From: Schmidtea nova
Lineage: Eukaryota
Length of the DNA stretch: 64,000 nucleotides
Direction of reading: 5' to 3'
Assembly (NCBI GenBank): GCA_044892505.1
Contig: CM097882.1
Span: 404,922,001 to 404,986,000 of the forward strand
A model generated the notes under the pieces. The model saw only the letters and a program-made list of their open reading frames with translations. It had not been told where the DNA came from and searched no databases. The translations under genes and the position numbers were made by a program. Every line of letters begins with the position of its first letter. Position 1 is the stretch's first letter. Of the stretch, positions 36,388 through 50,077 are shown in pieces.

Positions 36388-39300
36388 CCCCTCAATCTTT
36401 ACAAATGAAATATTGTACTGTGAACATAAGAAATTTTGATAATTTATGTTTCATTTATAGCATTTTAGCTATTTTGAAATACGATGTAGCTGATCGTTTT
36501 CATAGATATAGGGCCGTTAATTATAATATTAATGATCTTGACTTTGACCCTTCTAAAATGCCCATGAGACTCTGTAATATTCCAAAATTTGAGGCTAAAA
36601 ACCCTGGACTTGCTTTTAATGTTCTTTCTTATAATGAAGATGCTCTTCTTGATACCTTAGAAAACCCTGAAGTTTTTAAGCATCCCTGTGTTGACATTAT
36701 CCACAGGTCAAAAGTTGTTGGGGGAATTCCAATCAATTTAATTTTGTTGGAAAGTGGTGATGCATATCATTATATTGCAGTCACCGATCTTGATAAGATT
36801 TTGAATCTTGATGATCGTTCAATTTCTAATACTCGTATTCAAAGTATATGGTGTCATCGATGCTTGAATGGATTTCGAAAACAGGAAGCAATTCGATTGT
36901 CATCAACAGTTGTGTGCTAATAATCAATTAGGCACAACTCTTTATACGTTACCAAGAAATAAAAATTTACAATTTAGTAATTGGGGCAAAACAATTACTC
37001 CACCTTTTGTAGTTTACGCCGATTTTGAGGCAATCTTACCTGTAGATGATAAGTACTTCCAAAGACATGTCCCAACATCTGCCGGTCTTTTACTTGTAAA
37101 TATTTTCACCGGAGAAAAGATTTACAAGAGTTTCTTAGGTCTTGATTGCGTTACTAATTTTCTTACTGAAATTAGTGATATTTCTGAAACTGTTGTTTAT
37201 CCCTTTTATAGAACTAATTACAAGAAACCTCTTTTTATGACAGTGACTAATCAACAATCTTTTGATTATGCTACTATTTGTTATCTTTGTAAGAAAACTT
37301 TAGTACAACCAGTAAGAGACCATGATCACTACACTGGTGAATTTTTGGGAGCTGCTTGTAATTCTTGTAATCAATCCCGTCGTTTATACAAGTTTTTGCC
37401 TTTTATTTTTCATAATTTAAAGAGCTATGACTTGCACCATATTCTTAAATACGGTTTGGCTAATTTTAAAACTTGGAAAATTTCTTGCATTCCAACAACT
37501 AGTGAAAAATTCTTGACATTGTCTGCAAGAGTTGGTGATTTAACCATTAAATTCATCGATTCTTGTCAGTTTGTAAATTCTAGTTTAAATGACTCTGTTA
37601 AGACTCTTACTGTTTGCCTTTGACTAGATCTGAATTTACTGCGACTATTGTTGATTGTAAGGGTATTTTTCCTTATGATTTTGCAACATCTTTAGAAATT
37701 CTTAACAACACTTATGAGTTGCCACCAATCTGGAAAGGTGTTAAACAAGACGAATATGACAAGGCATTGGTGATTTGGAGGGAATCACAGTGTCAAACTC
37801 TTTGTGACTATATGATGGTCTACCTTAAACTGGATGTTTTTCTTCTTGCTGATTTCTTTCAACAGTTTAGGGCTAAATCTATAGCTCACAATAGACTTGA
37901 GCCTTTGAATTTCTTGGGGATTCCAGGTATGTCGTGGACTTCTGCGCTTATTACCTTGGATGAACCTAGCTTCTTCTACGGCTTTAGATAAAAACTATTA
38001 CAAACTCTTGAATAATAGTCTTTATGGAAAAACGGTTGAAAATCTTAAGAAACGACCCAATTTACGACTATGTAATTCAGCATCAAAACTGATTTCATAT
38101 ACTTCAAAACCTACCTTTAGAAAAACTTATAGGATTGACGATGACCTAGTTTCTGTCTTGCTTAATAAAGACTCTGTGTGTTTAGATAGACCCAGCTACA
38201 TTGGCCAAACTGTACTGGATTTATCTAAACTTAGGATGTACCAGCTGCAGTATGAAGAGTTACAAAAATATCGTAACGAATTCAACTGCGAAATTAACAT
38301 CGTTGCTGGTGACACCGATTCATTTTTTCTTGAGATTAGAAATTGTAAGCTTGATATTCTTATACCGGCCGTGATAAGAGATAACTTACTTGATACTTCT
38401 AATTATGATCCGAATCACACTTATACAGTAGGAACCTAGATTCCGTCATTGGTAAATTCAAAGACGAGAATAAAGGATTCAAATATGAGGAGTGGGTATT
38501 CCTTAGGTCAAAGTGTTACAGTCTTTTAGGTGATAAAGAATGCATTAAGGCTAAGGGTATAACATTGAAGGATACTAAACTGAATCATCAGTCGTATCTG
38601 GATTGTTATAATAATAATTCAATAGTTTCTGTTGATCAGTCGAGAATTGTTAGTAGGAATCATCAACTCTTTACTAATAAATATTCGAAAATTGCCTTGA
38701 CTAATCTTGATGATAAAAGACTTTGGGTTGATAAAAATGAAAGTCTTGCATACGGACATTATAAGGGATGTGGGTCGTTTATAGACCAATCAAAAGATCA
38801 GGTTGGTGTTGCAGTTTCAGATCCAGCTCTCAATTCAAATTAAATATCCAATTCAGATTTGTATTGAATAAAACTTTGTTAAAAAATAATTGGTTTCAAT
38901 ATATTTAGTTTTATATTCCTTTATACTGTTATGTTTAATTGTTTTTTAAAAATTTTATGTGTTGTCCAGATTTGAATCGGTTTTTTTTTGTTCAGGGTTT
39001 TCATTTTTTTATGATATGTTTCAATCTTTTTATTTAATGTAAAAATAATTATTTCTGTTTACAAATATTAATAAATTCATCTGTTATTGTAGTTGCACTC
39101 TGTTGAATCGTCTTTTAAATTTCGACTATTGTCACAATTCTCGAATTAATTCCATCCGTTTTCATTGTTCCAACAATCGATTTTCTAAAGTTATCAGTTA
39201 AAAGTATGTGGAACAACTACTCGAAATGTTAGCCAGTACATTAAAACAAAAATGCTATTCAATTAAAAAAACATTATCACGTGTGTTATATATAATAATT

Positions 39301-39650
39301 AATTGTGTGTGTGTTTACCCTAGTAACAACTGCATTGGGGATGATATATTGATGTGTGTATGTGTTTAACTTACCTACAGGTTCCGAGGGGACTCCTTAT
39401 ACGCACGTGTTTACCTTGGCAACAGGTTTCTCGGGGATTGTATATTGATGTGTGTTTACCCTAGCAACATATGTCACTAGGACTATATATTGATGTGTGT
39501 ATACCCTAGCAACATATTTCAATTTGACTATATTGATGTGTGTATACCCTAGCAACATATTTCACTGGGACTTTATTAATGTGTGTGTACTGACCTTAGC
39601 AACAGTTGCTATGTGAAAAAAGTGGTGACGTGCGCTCACTATCCCCTACT
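36388..39650 (+). mobile_element. Polinton/Maverick (adintovirus-like) remnant: frameshifted protein-primed DNA polymerase B (36405-38843) and right terminus
   Basis: NIRNFDNLCF, VYADFEA, CYLC...DHDHYTGEFLGAACNSCN, FHNLKSYDLH, FIDS, KGIFPY, YLKLDV, YKLLNNSLYGKT, GDTDS, GKFKDE, KAKG, DDKR, LAYGHY. Subterminal tandem repeats; ends ...CCCCTACT (AGTAG terminus). Confidence 0.88.
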
Positions 39651-39772
39651 TTCTTATAATTTCTAATATTCTTTACGTTTTTTAATCAATTTTTTTTTCC
39701 AAATTCCTATTGAAATTTATTACAATAGGAATTGATTTTGAAATTTTATAATTTTCATTTTCATTAATAACT

Positions 39773-42139
39773 CAGGGGTGCCCACTAATTTTTCTAGGAG
39801 AGCTACATTCACATCCAAAATGTGTATGCGATCTACTTTTTTAATACTTACATAATATTTACCTCCAATGCAATAAATTCATCACAATAAAACAAATATA
39901 TGTCAAAATATGGAACATTAAAGTATATAACTATTTATTATAAAAAAATGTAACTTAGGAAATCAAATTTAATGAAAATTATTTTTATATAGAACTTTTC
40001 GATGTTGATGCTCTACATTGGGTTGAATCCACTAGATTTTTGTAGTTTGGGATATAAGTGCTAAGACAACTTCTTAGGCTGGATTCCAAATGGTCATCTG
40101 TTAATGTTGCTCGGTACTTTGACTTTATAATTTTCATATGTGAAAAAGCAGACTCACATAAATAAGTTGAACCAAAAAATGATACTAAATTTTCGAAGCA
40201 TTTTTTCAAGTTTGAATATTTATCCTCTGATAGAAATTTCCATACATTTGGTTCGGAAGATCTTGATTTAATGAAGATATCATTTTGAAGTGTGATTATT
40301 TCCATTTCAAGTATAGGGATATCCATTTTAAACAAAGTTGAAATTGAATCTGCAACAATTTCTGGTTTTATTTTTGGATTAAACGGAAAGGACATAAATG
40401 CAGCCACAATTTCAAGTTTCTTGAAGTCTTGAAAACGTCTCTCGAACTCTAAAACCAAAATTTTGATCTGTTCCGCATATCTCGTAATATTAAAGTTGAC
40501 ATTTTCAGATTCTTTTAATTGTGACAACATATTTGGAAAATAACTTAAATTTTTGTCTTCTATTTTGGTAATAAGTAAATGAAGCTTCTGTATAAATGTA
40601 TTGATTGAACTTATCATATCGAATATCAATTTATCCTTACCTTGTAAGTCGAGATTTAATTCATTCAGAATTGCAGTAATATCTACTAAAAACGCCAAAT
40701 CCAAGAGCCAAACTTCATTTTCCAATTGCTTGAACTCATCACCTCTTGCGGCAAGGAACAACTTAATCTCAGAAAGCAAATCTCTAAATCTTTGTAAGAA
40801 TTTTCCTCTACTTAGCCACCTTACATCTGAATGCATCAGTAATTCAGTAGGACCTTCGCTATTACTTTCTTCAATTTATAATTTGAAAAGTCGTCTCTGA
40901 AGACTTCTTGCACGAATCGAGTTAGCAATTTTTAATGTTATTTCCATAATATCTCTCATATTCAGAATTTTAGCACACAAGGCTTGTTGATGAATAATAA
41001 AGTGGTAGGAAAGAAAATCTGGGAATTCACAATCATTCCTACAATATGCTATAAATCCGTTGTGACGCCCTGTCATAGCTGGTGCGCCATCTGTTGTTAT
41101 TGATACAAGCTTACAAATTTGGAGCTGAATGCTGTTGGCATAAGCTTTAAAATTCTGAAATATATCCTCACCTCGAGTTTTACTTTTGAGTGGTATAATT
41201 GTTAATAATTCTTCCTTCGTAGAAAAATCTTTAAAGACCATTCGAATAAAAATTATAAGCTGCGAAATATCAGCCGCATCAGTTGATTCGTCTGCTTGCA
41301 ATGAAAATGCGGTACAATTTCCTATGTCTAACATTAACTGATTTTTTAAATTGGAACTTATTTCTTCGACTCTCCGTGTAACTGTATTACGGGACAATTG
41401 CATATCAGTAATAGCAGAAATTATATCTGATTTATTTTTAAAATCACAAAATAATGATTCTGCCGCTTCTAAAAATGCTTCTTTTACAATTACTCCATCA
41501 CTAAAAGATTTCTTATTTTTTGCCAGAATGTAGCTTACTCGGAAAGATGCAGCTGTAGCTGACTTTGATTTGGATGTTAGCTTCGTAAAAAATGACTGTT
41601 GAAAAGAAATGCATGTTTTCAGTTCCATGATTTTAGACTTGCGTAGTTCACTGTCAAGTGGATAATCAACTGCAAAAGTCTTATGAATTGTCTTGAAATG
41701 CCTTTCCAAATTCCCTCTTTTTGGTAATGAAATAGTAGCTTTACAAATTAAGCAACAACATTTACCTTTAATCATTACAAAAAAGTACTCCTTCTCCATT
41801 TCTTCGCTATAATGATAAGTCTTGGCTTTTTTATTTAGCATTTTTTTATTTAGCATTTGTTTATTGAAACAAAACAAACAAAATTAATTTAACAAAAAAG
41901 CTTAAGAAAATTTTTCACTTTGTTATTTATGTTATTTTTGTTATTTATGTTATTTATGTTATTTAGTATTACCATAGAAATGGAACACAGAACATGAAAA
42001 TTGGCAAAATATTTAAGCATAAAACAGAAATTTTATATAAAATCTAAATTTATATAAAAAATATTTTTTTTATGAAGATCTACTAAAAAATCCTTCGCGA
42101 TCTACCGGTAGATCGCGATCGACCTTATGGGCACCCCTG
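39773..42139 (-). mobile_element. Near-intact hAT transposon of Buster/Charlie/SPIN (GTF2IRD2-like) type; transposase about 41877->39985 with one in-frame stop
   Basis: TIRs CAGGGGTGCCCA / TGGGCACCCCTG; CLIC...NLERHF..H, LSRNTVTRR, FSLQADESTD, TTDGAPAM, HFIIHQQAL, VRWLSRG, FGSTYLCESAFS. The two ORFs are in frame across TAA at 40878-40876. Flanks ATAACT/ATAACT. Confidence 0.96.
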
Positions 42140-43161
42140 ATAACTTTAATTATTAATGAAACAAAATAAATGAGGGGGCCATCACGCACCAGCAGCATAT
42201 AATAAACAAAAATGAAAATTGAACCCTTACACACTCAAACAAAATTAGAAGGTTTGCGAATTGTTTTGCAGAAAAATGATTTACTGAAATGCCTACAAAC
42301 CCTCGTGAAATGGTATCGTGAAGAGAGTTCCCCGAACAATTTAAATGACAATGGCAGGATTGGGTTGTGATGCGGAGAAAGCTGTTTTCTTATACAGATC
42401 TCTTCCGATGAATGATGCTAAAGTAAATTCTGTCCTATCAAATCTGAAATAGTAAGCTTGACGATATCTATTTGATTTTCCAATCTAATCCTTTTAACAA
42501 CCACTTTTATCGAAATTTAAGGTAAGCAATAGAGTTTATGTTAAGTCTGGAGAAGCGCAAAGTTTTACAACATTGAAACTTGGAAATACCATCAGCGTGA
42601 ATTCTGAAACAGCAATATTAGTATATGGAGTTAATTGACACGTATCAAACTTCAGATTGGCATCAATGAAATGTTATCGTAGGCAGAATAGATAGAAGGT
42701 TTTCCAGTAAGAGTACAAACAAAAGTGAGTTTTTATCTTCAGTATAAAGAAGTCTTGATCCTGAGAGTTGCGAGTTAAGAAGGTCAGATCAAATTCGAAG
42801 ATCTCCAAAGTGGTTAGAGAATTACGTCTGAGCTTGAGCTCGGGCAGAGATGTAATTATTATGAAATAATGTTGTTTAAATGGGGAGAATTTTGAGAAAA
42901 TGAAGATTTTAAATTAAAGTGATGTTAATAAATTTTATGTTTGCAGTTAAAATCATTTTGCAATGAAAAAAATTATTAACATCTCTTCATTTTACCTTTG
43001 ACCTTTTATTTTCTATTTCAGAGATTTTATTTTTTAAGACTAGATCAATTTTTTTAAAAGTACACGAATTTTGATTTAAAAATTTTATTAAAAAAAGAAA
43101 TATTTTGAAATCAAATCAGCTTAAATAAACACTGATAGGTTAACCATAAAATCATTAAAAC

Positions 43162-44747
43162 CAGGCGTCTCCAACCTTTCAGCTTCCCTGGGCCACATTG
43201 GAAAAAGGCGAGTTATATTAGGTCACATATAAAATATACTAATCCTAAAGATAGCTGATGAACTAAAAACGTAGAATATATACGTGGTTGATTCATTAAA
43301 TACCTGCAGTCGGTATCAAAAACAAAAGATATTGACAAAACACATTTAATTTTAGAATCTACGACATGTCTAGGCTTATTTTTCAGTGTAAGAGCCATTG
43401 TTCTCAATACACTTTTTCCAACGAACAGGAAGTTCTAAAAACCCGTTATTGTAGAACGATTTTGGTTTTTCGTCGAAGAATTTTGTTACTTCCTCCTTTA
43501 GTGAATCACTAAAAACAAAGAATTTACCAGCCAAGTGTTTCTTCAAATGTCTAAATAAATAGAAATCACTTGAAGCCAGATCAGGACTATAAGCAGGATG
43601 TTCCAATGTTGAAAAGCCACATCGAACAATTTTCTCCGACACAAGTTTTGATGCATGAATTGGAGCATTGTCGTGAAGCAGCCACAAATTTTTGTTTTTC
43701 TTTTTTCGTCGAAGCTTCCGAGTTTGTTCAATGAGATTAGAATAATAAACACTATTAATTTTAACTTGTCTATCTGCGAAATCAATATTGATTATTCCAT
43801 CACTATCCCAAAAAATCGAGAGCATCAAATTTCGACGGTGAATGGTTCCAGATTTCAGCTTCTTTGTCGGCTTTTCATCTAGAAACTTCCATTCTGCTGA
43901 CGATCTTTTAATTTCTGGAATAAAGAAGACTTAGTGGTGTCTCGTCTTCCGTTATAATGTTTTTCAAAAATGACTCACCATGTTCCTCGAACAGTGCAAG
44001 ATTGTGTTCACAAATCATTAGCCTTTTTCACACAATTCAGCTGATAAAAAATAAGGAACAAACCTGCTGCACAACTTCCGCACACCCATCTCTTTTATCA
44101 TTTCATGACACTTAGCGACACTGACATTGACCTCCTTTGCCAAATTTTTTACTGTAATCCTTCGTTCGTCTTTAATTAACGATTCAATCTGATTTTTCTT
44201 TCTGTCTTCATCAATTTCAATCGGTCTTCCTTGCTTTGATTCATCAATAACTGACATTCTTCCACTTTTGAATTCACTAATCCAATAATAAATAGTTCTA
44301 TCACATGGACAGTCTTCTTTATACGTCTCTTGGAGCATTGCTAATATCTCTAATCTTGAAGCCTCGCGCATTACAAAAAACTTAATCACCGACCGATATT
44401 CAATGCTTAAAATTGTCATATTTTGAATGATTAAATATTTGCTCTAAACAAATATTGGTTAAATAAAACAAAATGAATATTTCTAACCTTTTATAAATTC
44501 TCTACAACGGAAACATAAAGTTATTATAATATCTCTTATTTTTGATATCGAGTGCAGGTACTTCGTGAACCAACCACTTAGTTAACTATTTTAAGTATTT
44601 TAAACTTCATGAATTCATGAATTTTTTATTATAAAATTAAAGAAACAGCAACATAAAATAGTTTTTATAAAATTAATTGAGAAAGGTTTTAAGTATATGA
44701 ATTGTTAGGCTACACGCGGCCCCTGGAATGCAGTTTGTACACACCTG
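43162..44747 (+). mobile_element. MER30/Charlie3-like hAT MITE, interrupted by mariner
   Basis: 5' end CAGGCGTCTCCAACCTTTCAGCTTCCCTGGGCCACATTGGAA...GATAGCTGATGAACTAAAAA and 3' end ...ACGCGGCCC...TTGTACACACCTG resemble the MER30 consensus as I recall it. Confidence 0.75.
43283..44578 (-). mobile_element. Mariner (DD34D) transposon, frameshifted transposase 44419->43376
   Basis: TA-flanked TIRs .GTGGTTG.TTCA..AA.TACCTGCA.TCG.TATCAAAAA; motifs EYRSVIKF, RFVPYFL, ITEDET, IFWD, LLHDNAPIH, HPAYSPDLASSDFYLF. Confidence 0.95.
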
Positions 44748-45345
44748 ATGTAAATAGATTAAAGAAATATACCTAGCTTTTTCTTGTTCAGTCACTGATA
44801 CGCAAAAAATTTTTTTGGTGATTACTTTCTAGAATAAACAGTCTCAATACACAAGCTTATCAAACTCTGGTATTCTTTGTTTTCAAAAAATGATTAATTA
44901 ATTAAATAGTTTGTATTTTTTAATTAAAACTTTTGTGGTTTCCGTATTAATTTGAAATTTACAAATTCGTCTTTATTTTTCCACTTACTTCTTTCATCTA
45001 CCTTCCCATCTCCCCATCTTTCTGTATTGTTTTGCACACCTCGGAGATTATCATTTACTTCACTCGCTCCAAAAAATATGACGTCATTTAAAAGATTTAG
45101 CACCTTAAAAATCTAAAAATTATAATAAAAATCTGAAAAAGGTGGCATCGAAAATTTGTGTTAATAATTAAAACAAAATATTGATCAATACACTAATAAA
45201 ATGCGAATAAAAGAAATTGAAAAAATATCAATAATGAAAAAGATTTCAAAAATTATAGAGAAAGGTTAATAATTTATCACAGCCTATTTAGTTTTTCTTA
45301 TTAAAATAGAATTTTATGAACATGAAAAGATGTTTCATAATTTAG

Positions 45346-45860
45346 GTAGGAAACCAGATTGCCTTAGCTTTACAACAAAGCCACCTAACATCACAACTTC
45401 AACAACTAAGAGCTCAACGACAATATCTACAACAACACCCAAACCTGGTAAGATGTTCAAGATGAACAGCTGTAAAATAAAAATAAACTAGGATTCCGTT
45501 GCTATGGTTACCATTCCAATAAATCTGTCGTATTGTTTAAACAGTGTTCCGGATGTGTGGTAAATTTTTCTTTTTCCAATTTTTTTGTGGCTACCCTAAT
45601 TTCTTCCACAGATCACCACAGTTTACAATCGAGAAGAAAAGCGATGGTTAGATTGCATAAGACCAAAGATAGACCCATCTCAGATTTATCATTTATTTTG
45701 TAATCAATATTTTTTAGATCAAGATATTCTGATCTATGTGAAATGTTGTTATTTCGACCTCTGCAACAAGAGGTCAAATTCTTTAAACAAAGAAAGTTTA
45801 GAAATAATTATTTTGCTTATGACTTTGATCATAATTTCTCTTGGAGTCGAGATTTATTGA
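45346..45860 (+). CDS. 3' exons (45346-45447, 45492-45559, 45612-45860) of a probable GPI-anchored protein with a Thr/Ser stalk and a Ly6/uPAR-like domain
   Basis: Spliced frame RKPDCLSFTTKPPNITTSTTKSSTTISTTTPKPGFRCYGY...CSGCVITT...LDC...C...KCCYFDLCNKRSNSLNKESLEIIILLMTLIIISLGVEIY*. Introns 44 and 52 nt; CCxxDLCN signature; hydrophobic tail; AATAAA at 45873. Confidence 0.82.
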
Positions 45861-46188
45861 CTTATTTCAAGAATAAAAAATTATTTAAAATTAAGATTAA
45901 TAATTTATTTCATGTGAAGTTTTTGTTTTTTGCTTAACCTAGTGATAAATAATAATTGTTAGTTTTGAGATGAAATCAAGACTAAAATTAAGATTAAATA
46001 ACTTTTATAATGAACTTTATACTCATAAAATAATTTGGATTTCCTCTAGAAAGATTTATAATACTTAAAATTTATATACTCCGATTAAATTTTTTAAGGA
46101 TAAAATTCAATTTCTTAAAACGTAGATTAGCATTGTATTTTGTAATATAAACCAGATAGGTGAAATTTTTATCAGATGATAGCGATTC

Positions 46189-49100
46189 TGTTAGGTTGTT
46201 GATCGTCAATATGACCTTGATGTTGCTACGGCTCTCATCAACAACTCAACATAAAAAACATTGAATTTAACCATCATTTTGCCCGTCACAATGTAACGTT
46301 GGTAATGCAACAAATTGGTGGGTATTCGCAATCAGTGAGCGTCAAAAAATTCGAAACTATGATTGACCAAATATCTCCTGGGTCCAAGGGCTACCGATAG
46401 AAGGTTTAATGCCCATTTCGTCCTTTCTTCAACGATTTCTTTGTAATCATTCAATGATATTTTAATCGGAATTTAAAAATAAATAATCTAAATCAATATA
46501 AATTTATTATGGTATCAAAAATAACCCAGTTTCCGACATCAAAACATTAATAATTCATGTAAGGATCCATTTACGATGCACATAGCATAAGAACAAACAG
46601 AATAGAATAATGACAATTATTCGTACAAGAAGTGTTAAAGTTCTTTGGGTTTTCCGAGATGTTTTCGTACCTTACTGTCACTGAATTTTCGATTTCTCCG
46701 ATAAATCTAAAGCGTAATAAAATCAATTATTTCAATCAGCTGCTACACATTATATTATAAAAAGAAAAACAAGCATATTCGCATTTTTAGTTGATTTCCA
46801 AGCTCATACGCAAACATATCATCACAACCTAAACTCGGGGGTCGAAATCTCAACTAAAGGCATAGCTTTTTTCGGGATATTTTATCACAATTAATCTTGT
46901 CTAATTACTTATTTTATTTGCAAAATTTTCCGATTTTTACTTTTTTTCCCTTTAATTAACAAATCAATCTGAAAGATTTTAATCCCCTATGCCTAGTGTT
47001 TATCTTGATATATATTAAACTTGTCCATAATTTTATTAAAACTTGGATATTTTATCTTTTCAAAAATCCTAATGAGGCCCTGACAACGGGTAACGAAGCA
47101 AAATTTTCAATATTTTGTTATTTATCCGACAGTTAAATATTGATTTTCATAGATTTTATTGAATCTTTTAGATTACTTATTATGAGTTAATTTAGAAAAT
47201 TGAATTTTATCGCTTTTCCCTCAAAATCACCTGCGTTCCCCCGATGAAAAGAAAACTATATGAACGCAAATGCAAAATTGGCTGATTCCTATTGGATAAT
47301 TTATAGTATTCACTTTTAATTTACTATGATAATTTATTGATTTGCTATTTATTGATTTGCTATTTTTAGAATGACATTCTATTCAGATCGGTGGATATTT
47401 TTGACGATATGGGGTAAAATTGTAATTTTCCTTTCATTATTATTTCAACCGAATTTTTCGTATAGATAACTTCGTTCCATTAATTCATTGATGTGGAAGA
47501 ATTCTCAGCAGAGCTAATATTAATCAAGTACTTTATTCTATCTGATCTAAATTATTCACCTATGAAATTTTCAAGAATTTATTAGGCTTTATGCAACAAT
47601 GTACTTATTGGAAATTTTTCGATTCAGCGGAAACTAAAATCTATTTCCTGATTAATTTTTCTTCGCCGTAAATGGATTATTCTATTGATGGAGGTTTATT
47701 CTCCTAACTTAACCTCATTTTGGGCACATTTCGACTTGGATTGTCTGTTCATCACTGAAATTTGCCTGTACGTCTTGATAACTACATTGTGCTGACATCA
47801 GCTAATAAATAAAGTTTAATTTGTTCTGATTTTGGTTATTTATGCTGACCCAGTATAGTCATTTCCACAGCCTTGTGGGATCTCCCTTTTGGGCATTGAG
47901 TTATAATCTCCATTAACCTCGATGAAACCTGAAACGGTATACGTAAGCTGGTACAGCGTTTTGTTTGTGTTTTTTATTTAAGTGGCTTACATATCTATAT
48001 AATGTCTCTATATATTAATCTATATGCACGTTTATATATCTAATTAATATATCTATATAATACTTTACCTACGTTTGTATAACTCTATATGTGAAGGCTA
48101 TTGTGCTTCAGTTGGGTCAAATTCTTTTTCCTAGGACATTGTAAAACATTATAAGAGAAAATTAGAGATAAATTGGTTGAATTTTATATTGAACACGATA
48201 GATATTGCCACTGGTAAGCTACGAACCGCTATCTACTAGCACTACCGTCTACGTTGGAAAATTTTTAAGTACAAAATCGAATTAGATGACGATCCTGATT
48301 ACTATCTTAATGGTTCACTAAGGGTTAGACTAGATAGAGGTATCCTGAGTGTGATGAGTAATGGTATAGGATGTTATTTGTTGTAATGATGAATTCGGTT
48401 TAGTGACATAGATGAGTGAGATTTTTAGGGGGGTTGCTGAGCGGGTTGTCTATAGTAGAAACTCTACGTAGGTTTTTCTAGATGTAGTATGCTGACTTCG
48501 TGTGACGATATGTTGAATTGAATGATAAGTGAAAAACAAATTAGTTAGTAATGGTGAGATTGGATGAGTGCTTGTGAGATTTTCTGGATGTATGATGCAG
48601 TCAGACGTTGTTTAATGAAACAATGTTGTGTATGTTGGTGAATGGATGTATTGTCTATTGTATTGTCTAATATAGGAGATCTTATTTATTGAAATGTGGT
48701 AGTGTGTGTGTTGAGAATTGAATGGACTTTTGTATTGTATTAGGTATATATGTTGCTAATGAATGGTATGGATGAAAGGTTTTGCAAATATTGATGTATC
48801 ATAATTTTTGCGATATCGGGGGGGGGGGGTATTTATAAAATAATATATATATATATTTATATATAAAATATTTTTAAAATTAAAATAATAATAATTTTAC
48901 AATTCCTTTTACAAAATTTTAAATTTACAATTTTATAAAAGTTATTTAATAATAAAATTTCAAATTTTTATAATATAAATTTTTGTATTCTAATTTTTAT
49001 ATTTTAAGGATGTACATATCTTTTCATTGTAAATTTTTCTACAGAATTTCAAATTTAGAATTTTTTAAAATAATAATAAAATTTTTTGGCTTATAATTTT

Positions 49101-49986
49101 CACGTATTCCAATATAAGGTTTGATATAAGAATTTCTAGGAAGAAATTTTGATTTATAATTTTTATATTATAATTTTTACATAACATAGTATTTTTATTT
49201 TTATAACCGAATCTAAAAATTCTATAAGATTTATACAATAATAAAATTTTTATTCACAAATTCCACAATCTAAATAATTCAATAAATAAAAGAATTTATA
49301 TTAAATTAACTTTAAAAATAAATTATAAATTTTTACAAAAATTATTTCCAATCATATACGAACTTCTGAAATAAAATATATATAAAATTCGAGACGGTTC
49401 TCTTGGCGATCTCTGCACCTCTTAGAAGTTTTTACCAATGATGTTTACGGTTTGGTAAAAATTCATTGAACTATTATCGAGCATAATCAGTAAGCATTAT
49501 TTTAATATAACATTTTTACTATTTTTCGAGTGGTAATTTATGATCTTTTATACATTTGACTTTCCGATCGATATTGTGAATTCTTTCATAGTGAAGTAAA
49601 GGCGACGTTTATGGAGCGAAGGCGAATAACGAGCTGAATATTTTTGTGCTGATAAATTTTACCGTTGAAAAGACATTGATGGATGAATTAATGTTGGTAT
49701 TTTGTTGAAGTATCAGTTTTCAATTGCACTGTATGTTGTAAAATATAGTTCAGATAAAATTACATTAACATAGATTTAATATCATTAATATGAAAAACCT
49801 TGCCCTTGGCCAAGGCACTGTTCCTCAATATGAGATGAATGATCATGGATGTTTGGGCTTCACCTGAGGCGGAAAAATGGGCTGGCCAGTTACGAACCGA
49901 ACAGCGATCCACTCAGGTTACTTTCATCCGTATAGCACAAGGCCGAACGGATGTCAGAATGTATGGAAGTGCTTTTAATAAAGTAC

Positions 49987-50077
<91 letters not shown>

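Larger units (their letters stand above)
34568..42981 (+). mobile_element. Old short-LTR Gypsy remnant enclosing nested insertions (LTRs about 34568-34680 and 42851-42981)
   Basis: Two similar direct repeats of about 120-130 bp (GTAATTATT..GAAATAATGTT...GGAGAATTT...TTTTAAATTAAAGTG...GTTAATAAATTTTAT). Gag-like codons follow the first; an integrase-tail motif RRSDQIRRSPKWLENYV* and a purine tract precede the second. No TSD. Confidence 0.5.
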
